Shown here: one piece after another, positions 9,885 to 17,641 of the stretch
Numbering within the stretch: position 1 is the first letter of the stretch
Layout: every line of letters begins with the position of its first letter
Source of the DNA: a virus
Lineage: Duplodnaviria; Heunggongvirae; Uroviricota; Caudoviricetes
Reading direction: 5' to 3' (one strand)
Virus record (IMG/VR): IMGVR_UViG_3300028840_008157
DNA length: 64,000 nt
Position numbers and translations under genes: made by a program
Notes under the pieces: model-generated
Database searches by the model: none
What the model saw: the letters and a program-made list of their open reading frames with translations, nothing else
Told to the model about the DNA's origin: nothing

Positions 9885-9916
9885 GTCGCGCCCCTTACGG
9901 TCGCGCGGATTGAAAC
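9885..9916 (+). CRISPR. Solitary 32-nt type I-C CRISPR repeat-like unit (no array, no cas)
   Basis: GTCGCGCCCCTTACGGTCGCGCGGATTGAAAC closely follows the I-C repeat pattern GTCGCGCCC-N5-GGGCGCGTGGATTGAAAC: 32 nt, 7-bp stem with one mismatch, 11-nt 3' tail. Confidence 0.65.
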
Positions 9917-9920
9917 GAGT

Positions 9921-9946
9921 AGGAAAACGCGCCGTATGATCTGAAC
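9921..9946 (+). promoter_or_regulatory. Putative phage promoter AGGA-N18-GAA
   Basis: Same spacing recurs upstream of genes at 24173, 30782, 49422 and 49400(-). Confidence 0.45.
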
Positions 9947-9993
9947 GTGTAAGTATGGAAGTGTGAAGCCTTTTATAGGAGAGGGAATTGACC

Positions 9994-12900
9994 ATGAGGT
10001 TCATTGGAAACATCGAGTCCGCCATGGATGCGCTGAAGTCGTCCAAGACGGGCGCCCCGTCGGGAACCCCCCAACGCAACGTCGTCACGAACGCGCCGTT
10101 GCCTAACTCGGCGTTCGCCCAGAGCGCGGCGGCGTATACCCCTTCGCGGGTCAAGACGGCGCAGGTGTCCGGCAACGTCATCTACACGCAGCCTTCGTTC
10201 TTCAGCCCGCTGCACACGCCGCAGAACTGGCAAATCCCGACCAAGCGCCGCGAGGTATACCAGTGGTCGTTCGTAAACGGCGACAAATTGATGACCAATG
10301 ACGGAACTTACAAGTGCATTTCAAAAATAGTCGAAGGTGACAAGCTGGTTACCCATACGGGCGAAGTCCAGACGGTTGACAAGAGGACTTCCAGGATGGT
10401 GGATACGGACTTGTTCTCCGTATCTTACGACGGTCATTACCTTCGAACCAGGCTCACTCGAGGCCACAAGGTATACGTCCTCCGCAGGGAGGACGTCCTT
10501 TGCAAGTATAGCAACAGCGGTTGCAAGATGGCCTCTCGTTACTGCGATTCAAACAACCTGCATTACATGTGCCGAAGGACGAAGTGCAAACGACACGAGG
10601 AAAGAGAACTCGTTCCGGAACTGGTTCCCGTGGAGAACATCAAGGAGGGGGATTTCGTTTATACCCCGTCTATGATCTCCGACAAATCATCATCCAGCAT
10701 ACCTACCATTGATCATGCCAGGCTGCTCGGATACTACTGCGCCGAGGGATGCCTTTTGGGCAAGACGGGCGTATGCTTTACCTTTGGAATCCACGAGGAA
10801 ACATTCGCCAATGAAGTTGTAGCCTTGGCGACAAAATGCTTCGGAACCGAGGTCAGGAAAACAAGAATCGCAAAGCATCCCGAACGCGGAACGTGCGACG
10901 TATTCGTTAATTCGAACAGTCTGAACGCCTTTTGCCATGAGCATTGCGGGAGCATGGCGACCAAGAAGCGGCTTTCCGTCGGACTCATGACGTCAAGCCG
11001 CGAAATCCAATTGAACTTCCTCGCCTCTTATTGGAACGGGGATGGATGCCAGAGTTTTACGAAAGGAAATCATGGAAGGGTCGATTTCAGGACGTCGTCC
11101 ATGTTTCTCTCTGAACAAATCCAATCCCTCTTGTCCATGTGCGGATATCCGTCAAGGTGCAGTTTTTCGAGGACCAAGAACAACCACAAATCCATGGTCC
11201 ACAGGCAATCCAAGAAGCCGTTCTTCGATTGCTACACCGTATCTTTTGGGGCGAGCGCGGGAGGAGACTTCTTTGACCTGTGCGGTGCCGACGTTGGCTC
11301 CCAGAAGGGAAGGAAGTCAAGCGTCAGGCTCGTCTCCGGAATGTTACTGAGACGCGTCAAACGCGTTTCCTCGAAACCCTACAAGGGGAAGGTATACGAC
11401 GTTCGCGTCCCTGGGAACTACTCGGTCGTTTGCAACGGCATAGCCGTGGCCCAATGCCGCTACTACTACGAAAATGAACCCAAGGTCGCGTCGGCGATAG
11501 ACTTCTACAGCCACTTCGCCATCAACGGGTTCGAGACCCAATGCGAGCATCACGCGATCAAGCGGTTCTTCGACCAGCTCAACAAGAAGCTCAACCTGGA
11601 TTACTGGGCGAAGCTCATTTCCAAGGAGTACTACATGCTCGGGGACGTGTTTCCGTTCCTCGAGATCGAGTGCCAGAAGTGCCACGGGGGCGGCTTCACC
11701 GATAGCGGTAAGGTTTGCCGCCACCCCGGCGGATCGTTCAGGCGTCTCGTGGTCCTCAACCCGGACTGGATCGACGTCCAGACCAACGTCATGGTCGACG
11801 ACCCGATCATCACGCTGCTCCCGGACGACGAATTGAAGAAGATCGTCTGGCGCAAGCAGCCCAAGGCCATCTACGACAGGCTCCCGACGAACGTCCGGGC
11901 TCTGATCCTGGCCAACCGGCCGATCCCGCTGTCCAACGAATGCGTGTCGCACCTGCGGCACAACCCGTACCCCTACGGGACGTACGGCGTGTCGCTCCTG
12001 AGAAGGCTGTTCAAGACGCTCGCCTACAAGGACAAGCTGATGTCGGCGCAGTGGATCATCGCCGAGCGCATGATCCTGCCCGTCCGCGTCGTGAAGCTCG
12101 GCGACTCCGAGCGTCCCGCCGGGCCGGCCGACATCGCCGACGTCCAGAACCAGCTCGCGAACGTGGTGAACGACCCGAACCTGACGCTGGTGACCCACCA
12201 TGCGTTCAACTACGACTGGATCGGGACGAGCGGCAAGGTCCTCCAGCTCTCGAACGAGTACGAGCTGATCGACAAGGAAATCCTCCAGGGTCTCATGATC
12301 AACGAGGCATTGCTATCAGGAATGATGGGAAGTTATCAGTCAGCCGCCATCGGCGCCGAGGCCATGATCCAGCGGATGGAGTCGTGGAGGCTCGAGCTGG
12401 CCCGATGGATCGAGGATCGCATCTACAAGCCGGTCGCCCAGATGAAGGGCTTCGTGGACGAGGCCGCCACCAAGGAGGTAGGCGAGCCCGTTTGGATCTA
12501 CCCGAAGATCCAATGGAACGAGCTCAACATCCGCGACGACAGCCAGCAGAAGCAGTTGCTCAACTCGCTCTTCGACAAGGGTCTCCTATCGGGCCAGTCG
12601 TTGCTCGAGAAATACGGGCTCGACTACGACCACGAGATCGAGCGCCTGCGGTTCGAGTCCGCGACCCAGAAGCTCGCCGGGATGGCCGGCGCGGGCGGCG
12701 CGGGCGGCATGATCGGCGGCATGGGCGGCGGAGCTGGCGGGGGCATGGAGGGCTTGTTCGGCGGAGGCGGGGCGCCCGCTGGCGGACCGGAGATGGGCGG
12801 CGCCCCGGAGATGGGCGGCGCGGACATGGGAGGCGCCCCGGCGGCCCCGGCCGCGGCGGCCGGAGTAGGGGGCACGTCTGGCAAGATACTATCCAAGGGC

Positions 12901-13422
12901 CGCAAGCCCATGGGCCAGGTTCCGGACGAGGCCGACATCCAGCCGGTAACCGTGAGGCTGACGTCTCTCGAGTCGCTGATGTACAAGGAAATCTCCGCGA
13001 TGAAGCTGCCGTTCGCGGTCGGCGTCCAGCAGCAGATCGGCCCGTACGTGGCCGACTTCTGCATCCCGATGCTCAAGATGGACATCGAGGTCGACGGCGC
13101 GTACTGGCACAACCAGCCCGAGACCAAGGCGCACGACGAGATTCGGGACGACGAGATGTCACGGGCGGGCTGGACGATCCTAAGGTTCGGCGAGTCCGAA
13201 CTAAAGGAGCGGCTGCCAGAGGTTCGGAAGACTATATTGGCGTACGTCCACAAGAACTGGCGTCGCGCCATCGAGGAGCAGAAGCGCCAGACGAAGGCGT
13301 TCGACGAGGCGTCTCTGCGCATGACGAAGATATCGGGCGAGACGGAGGAGGTGTCGCCCGTCATCGAGCCGGAGGTCGACGGTGGCGATTCCGATCAAGG
13401 AACGGGGAATCCGGTGGGTTGA
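9994..13422 (+). CDS. Portal protein with intein and C-terminal DUF559/Vsr-like endonuclease domain
   Basis: Position upstream of protease, scaffold and MCP; portal-like segments (YYENEPKVASAIDFYS, YYMLGDVFPF, HLRHNPYPYGTYGVSLL, PVRVVKLG); Gly-rich linker then GPYVADFC..IEVDGAYWH..RDDEMSRAGWTILRF. Confidence 0.85.
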   Translation: MRFIGNIESAMDALKSSKTGAPSGTPQRNVVTNAPLPNSAFAQSAAAYTPSRVKTAQVSGNVIYTQPSFFSPLHTPQNWQIPTKRREVYQWSFVNGDKLMTNDGTYKCISKIVEGDKLVTHTGEVQTVDKRTSRMVDTDLFSVSYDGHYLRTRLTRGHKVYVLRREDVLCKYSNSGCKMASRYCDSNNLHYMCRRTKCKRHEERELVPELVPVENIKEGDFVYTPSMISDKSSSSIPTIDHARLLGYYCAEGCLLGKTGVCFTFGIHEETFANEVVALATKCFGTEVRKTRIAKHPERGTCDVFVNSNSLNAFCHEHCGSMATKKRLSVGLMTSSREIQLNFLASYWNGDGCQSFTKGNHGRVDFRTSSMFLSEQIQSLLSMCGYPSRCSFSRTKNNHKSMVHRQSKKPFFDCYTVSFGASAGGDFFDLCGADVGSQKGRKSSVRLVSGMLLRRVKRVSSKPYKGKVYDVRVPGNYSVVCNGIAVAQCRYYYENEPKVASAIDFYSHFAINGFETQCEHHAIKRFFDQLNKKLNLDYWAKLISKEYYMLGDVFPFLEIECQKCHGGGFTDSGKVCRHPGGSFRRLVVLNPDWIDVQTNVMVDDPIITLLPDDELKKIVWRKQPKAIYDRLPTNVRALILANRPIPLSNECVSHLRHNPYPYGTYGVSLLRRLFKTLAYKDKLMSAQWIIAERMILPVRVVKLGDSERPAGPADIADVQNQLANVVNDPNLTLVTHHAFNYDWIGTSGKVLQLSNEYELIDKEILQGLMINEALLSGMMGSYQSAAIGAEAMIQRMESWRLELARWIEDRIYKPVAQMKGFVDEAATKEVGEPVWIYPKIQWNELNIRDDSQQKQLLNSLFDKGLLSGQSLLEKYGLDYDHEIERLRFESATQKLAGMAGAGGAGGMIGGMGGGAGGGMEGLFGGGGAPAGGPEMGGAPEMGGADMGGAPAAPAAAAGVGGTSGKILSKGRKPMGQVPDEADIQPVTVRLTSLESLMYKEISAMKLPFAVGVQQQIGPYVADFCIPMLKMDIEVDGAYWHNQPETKAHDEIRDDEMSRAGWTILRFGESELKERLPEVRKTILAYVHKNWRRAIEEQKRQTKAFDEASLRMTKISGETEEVSPVIEPEVDGGDSDQGTGNPVG
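10267..11454 (+). mobile_element. Intein with LAGLIDADG homing endonuclease (396 aa) in the portal
   Basis: N-junction W|SFVNGDKLM; block B LTRGH; LAGLIDADG blocks LLGYYCAEG and FLASYWNGDG; block F/G KVYDVRVPGNYSVVCNGIAVAQ|C; visibly more AT-rich than flanks. Confidence 0.9.
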
Positions 13423-16400
13423 GTCCTACAGCGGCGAGAAGTCTTCCCACCTCAAGGAGGAGATGGACTCCCAGATCGGGCCCGGCGCCTATTGCCGGTG
13501 GGAGGGCCATGACCCCACCACGGGCAACGACTACTACGTCGTGGTCTCTCCTGGATTCTCCAAGAAGCGCGGGTTTCACTTCTTCGCGGGCTTGAGAAAA
13601 ATGCCCGCCGACCACGGCGCGAGCGGGAAGAAGTTCACGACCCAACGCGAGGCCATGTCCCACGCCAGGGAGACGTGGCAAGTACCGCCTCCTCGCGACA
13701 AGCCCCCGACCATGCAGGGGTACCGGGTCGAGGACATACAGAACGCCCCGATCCTCCGCGAGATCCAGCACAAGAGCCACGCGTCTTCCGAGATGACGAT
13801 GGAGAAGCTGGCGTCCCTGGCGGGCTCCGCCTCCGAGCAGCCGCATTCCGAGAGGCGCATAGGCTCCAGGATCACGGCCGACATACTCTGCTACGCCTAC
13901 GCGGCAGCCCCCGTCATCGGGTTCCTCCCGGCGATGTTCTCGAGACCCCGTTTCACGGTCGTCGACGTCGTCAACGTCCCGGACAACCACAAGGTTTTCA
14001 ACGAGTTCACCGGTCGCGTTGAGAAAGTATCGAAGGGAAAGGCCACGATGGCCCCGGCCGTCGCGACCTACCAGCCCCCCGGCGCGGACGAGTTCCAGAA
14101 GGCCGTCTACGGAGACGGAGTCGACATCCAGAACGAGCTCGTCAAGGTGTCCAACAAGGGGCAGACGATATCGAGGGTCGACGCGTTCGGTGACGCGCCC
14201 GGCAAGAACTACAGGCAACTGACGTGGGACATGCTCCGGATGAGCCCCACGGTGAGCATCTCCGCCAGGGACTTCATGGCCAACAAGGCGCAATGGAACG
14301 GCCTATGGAACAGGCTCAGGTCCAAGTACGACACGAAGAGGCCGGCGAGCCTATATTGCAACCTGACCAAGCCCCAGCAGAGGAAGGGCGAGATCGCCGA
14401 CTTCGAGTGCCCGGACCAGAAGGAGCAGACGGGCCTCACGACGAAGCGGAAGGAAATCCGCCCCAACATGAGGGCCGAGATATACGACGACGTGATCCGC
14501 GAGATCAAGTCGACCTTCCCCAACGCCAACATCGTCCTGAAGGACGCGACGCAGGGAAGGCTCCAGTACGTCAGGGAGGCGGAGGGCGACGAGTTCAACT
14601 GGAAGGAGAACTTCGGCGAGGTCATAAAGGTCACCGGATCCACGCTCCTGAGGTACGACGACGCCGGGTTGCCCCTCTGCATCGTTCCAGACGAGCGTTC
14701 CTACACGAAGATGGAGCAGGACACGTCCAGGAAGAAGAGCGAGTACATCGTCAAGGACCCGGCCGCGATGGTCCTCCCATACGCGAGCAACGAGCTGGAG
14801 CAGCTCGGAATCCTGCACGAGTACATGACGTTACTGAACTCCAAGCCGGAAAATCCTGCCGCGGAAAAGACGTGGTCTATCGGTCTACCGAGGATGTTCG
14901 AGGCGTTGCAGATGCCGGACGAGGCGGCGTGCCTCGAGCTGCTCAACGACCCGCAGCATTCCGAGGAGTGGAAGTCGCAAGCCCTTGGATACGTAAAGTC
15001 CCTCGGCCTTTCCTATGGGCCCGTCCCCGTCATCAAGGACAGCCTCCTGGCGCGAGTCCGAGCCGAGATCGCGTCAATGATGGAGAACCACGTCAACAGC
15101 ATCATTGGGCTGAAGGAGACCGGAGAGCTATACGAGCCCGAGCACGGGACGGTCATGAAGCAAGGCCTCGACGAGATCGTCTCGGCACGAACCTCCGGAA
15201 ACGGGCTTAGGATGAAGAAAGCCGCCGATTCCATGAGACATTCCCTCATGGGCTTCAAGTGGCTTGCCGCCACCGGAAACGTTCCCCTGTCCAACGACCA
15301 GTTCGTGCATAGCTACACGGCGGCCCCCGAGCTGATAGACCATCAGCCCGACGACGTTTTTCACATGGACGAGATGGGCATCTCCCCGTGGGCGACCATG
15401 GATTCGCCGACCGAAAAGGACCTTCGTCACGTCTCGAAGTCCTACGCGTTGCCTTGCGAGGCCGAGTTCCCGTCCTATGACACGGGTACCGAGCACGTAC
15501 GCGTGGGCCGGTGGTACGACGTCGAGAAGGGCCAATGGCACTTCGGAAGGCTGCCCGAGAACGTTCGCCCCGTGCAAGGAGCGTCTACCGGCCTGAAAGG
15601 CCTCCCGGCCATCATCAGGAACACGAACATGATGTTATCCAGGCCAGACGGAAGCCCCATGCAGATCGACACGGCCGAGGGCCGAAGGTACAGGACGTCG
15701 GCGGGACCGGAGGGCCCGGAGGCCATCATCGAGGGACACTACGACGCACTGGTCGCCCCGGAATACGCTTCCACCAAGAGGTCCGACGCTCCGATGGTAG
15801 AGAAGTCCATCGAGCGCGACGGCTTCATCCTGATGTGCGTCCCCACGGGGGCCTACGAGGCCTCTGCGACGGGCAAAGGAACGGCGCTCAGGCAATACAA
15901 AGAGAGGAACGTCATCGGTGCCGACCCCAAGAGAAGTCCCTCCCAGTACGACGTGAAGGACGAGAACGGCAACGAGATCAACGTCGCCGACCGGGCATTC
16001 AAGGTCAAGGGCAAGAATAACCTGTACTTCGAGGACAACGAAGCCGCCTTCCTGGTCCTCGCCAAGATAATTGGCAGGGACCCGCGAGACCTCGGCCCGC
16101 TGACCGTCCTCAACATGGACGACCAACGGATCATCGACGCCCATGTCCGGCAGGGCGTATACTACGCCAACTGCGTGGACGAGTTCAGGAAGCAGAGGGA
16201 GACCAACGAAGCCCAGTTCTTCGACGAGGCGGGCAACCTGATGCCCATCGCCGATGACGCCAACAAGGAGACGAGGGCTTACTACAAGATGGTCGAGGAC
16301 GGCATGGCCTTCGAGGCCAACCTCGACGAGAAGATGTACGAGTACGGGTCCACGTGCCGGAAATGCAGCAAGAGCAAGTCCGAGAACGTCGCGCTGCCAA

Positions 16401-17131
16401 TCCGCCAAGCCTACAACGAGGCCGTCAAGGAGGCCCTTGAGGATCCCTCCTCCGTGTTCAAGCGGAACGTCCGCGAGCTCTTCGGGATAGCGTACCTCGA
16501 CGATGGAGAGGAGCAAATCGCCCGCGACGAGAAGGGCGACGCTTTCGTGTTCGGGTCCGTCGAGGACGCCGAGGCGCACCTGGAGGCGTTCCGGAGCGAG
16601 CTATCCGACAACCTCGGGAAGCAGGTCGACGAGGTATACGTCAGGTCCCTCGGCGAGTTCGTCCTTCCCTACGCGAAGCATCAAGATCCGGAAGCCCCGC
16701 ACGTCGTCAACCAGGTTCGCTTCGAGGAGCACGTCCAGAAGACATGGGGCCCCGGCGGTCGCGGGCTGGCCCCCGGCGAGGAACTGCCCGGCGTGGAGAA
16801 GCCAAGAACCGAGTGGACCGAGGAGGAGAAAAAGCGGTTCGAGCGTCCTCCTGACGTGCCGCTCCCTGGACCCGGCGTTCGCGTCGAAGACCTCGAGAAA
16901 ATCCCCAGGAAATACTGGGCCGAGCCCGAGCAGCCGGCTACGGAACCACAACCCCCACAACCCCAGCCTGAAACCAAACCCCAACCCTCGGGACCATCAG
17001 CTCTGCGACCCATCAAGTCGTCCGTCATCGAAAGGCTGATCGCGCTCGCCGACAAGCTCGACTCCTCCGGTCGGGACGGCGAGGCCGACGCCGTGGACCG
17101 GGTGTTGAGGGCGACATGTCGAAACCAGTAA
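13382..17131 (+). CDS. Large hypothetical protein (1249 aa), possible internal head or ejection protein
   Basis: Long GC3-biased ORF between portal and protease; C-terminal helix RLIALADKLDSSGRDGEADAVDRVL. Confidence 0.8.
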   Translation: MAIPIKERGIRWVESYSGEKSSHLKEEMDSQIGPGAYCRWEGHDPTTGNDYYVVVSPGFSKKRGFHFFAGLRKMPADHGASGKKFTTQREAMSHARETWQVPPPRDKPPTMQGYRVEDIQNAPILREIQHKSHASSEMTMEKLASLAGSASEQPHSERRIGSRITADILCYAYAAAPVIGFLPAMFSRPRFTVVDVVNVPDNHKVFNEFTGRVEKVSKGKATMAPAVATYQPPGADEFQKAVYGDGVDIQNELVKVSNKGQTISRVDAFGDAPGKNYRQLTWDMLRMSPTVSISARDFMANKAQWNGLWNRLRSKYDTKRPASLYCNLTKPQQRKGEIADFECPDQKEQTGLTTKRKEIRPNMRAEIYDDVIREIKSTFPNANIVLKDATQGRLQYVREAEGDEFNWKENFGEVIKVTGSTLLRYDDAGLPLCIVPDERSYTKMEQDTSRKKSEYIVKDPAAMVLPYASNELEQLGILHEYMTLLNSKPENPAAEKTWSIGLPRMFEALQMPDEAACLELLNDPQHSEEWKSQALGYVKSLGLSYGPVPVIKDSLLARVRAEIASMMENHVNSIIGLKETGELYEPEHGTVMKQGLDEIVSARTSGNGLRMKKAADSMRHSLMGFKWLAATGNVPLSNDQFVHSYTAAPELIDHQPDDVFHMDEMGISPWATMDSPTEKDLRHVSKSYALPCEAEFPSYDTGTEHVRVGRWYDVEKGQWHFGRLPENVRPVQGASTGLKGLPAIIRNTNMMLSRPDGSPMQIDTAEGRRYRTSAGPEGPEAIIEGHYDALVAPEYASTKRSDAPMVEKSIERDGFILMCVPTGAYEASATGKGTALRQYKERNVIGADPKRSPSQYDVKDENGNEINVADRAFKVKGKNNLYFEDNEAAFLVLAKIIGRDPRDLGPLTVLNMDDQRIIDAHVRQGVYYANCVDEFRKQRETNEAQFFDEAGNLMPIADDANKETRAYYKMVEDGMAFEANLDEKMYEYGSTCRKCSKSKSENVALPIRQAYNEAVKEALEDPSSVFKRNVRELFGIAYLDDGEEQIARDEKGDAFVFGSVEDAEAHLEAFRSELSDNLGKQVDEVYVRSLGEFVLPYAKHQDPEAPHVVNQVRFEEHVQKTWGPGGRGLAPGEELPGVEKPRTEWTEEEKKRFERPPDVPLPGPGVRVEDLEKIPRKYWAEPEQPATEPQPPQPQPETKPQPSGPSALRPIKSSVIERLIALADKLDSSGRDGEADAVDRVLRATCRNQ

Positions 17132-17571
17132 CGAAATACGAACCTGGGATCCAGGACTGGGACGCGCCCCCCTCCTCGGACGGGGACATATGCAACGTCG
17201 GGTTCGAGTGCGCCAAGAAGCTCTCGGAGATGACAGAGGAGGAGAAGGACGAGCTCTACCGTAAACACGTGGAGCATTGCAAGACGGTCGTCAGCAAGGA
17301 CGTCGTGGAGCTAACCCCGACCCAGGTGTTCGAGGAGCCTCCCAAGAAGAAGAAACGTCAAAAGGCCAAGAACGCCGAGATGACGATGGGCGGGACCGTC
17401 GTCCCTGGCGAGGATTTCGACCTTCTGGTCTCGCTCGTCGGGGAGCAGGAAGCCGAGCGTCTCGCCGGTCCAAGGCCAAGGCCGGTCGACGACGGGGAGG
17501 TCGAGAGGAAGGAGATGGCGTCGAAGACGGCGGCGGAACGGAACGCGCTGGCTCGCTTCCGATCCATATAG
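17116..17571 (+). CDS. Hypothetical protein
   Basis: 151-aa ORF overlapping the previous stop; GAGG upstream. Confidence 0.7.
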   Translation: MSKPVTKYEPGIQDWDAPPSSDGDICNVGFECAKKLSEMTEEEKDELYRKHVEHCKTVVSKDVVELTPTQVFEEPPKKKKRQKAKNAEMTMGGTVVPGEDFDLLVSLVGEQEAERLAGPRPRPVDDGEVERKEMASKTAAERNALARFRSI

Positions 17572-17641
17572 CAGGGATCCGGGACGGAAAGTCCTAAGTT
17601 ATCTAAGTGGAAGGCCACGATATCAGAGGGTCGCTACCGGG

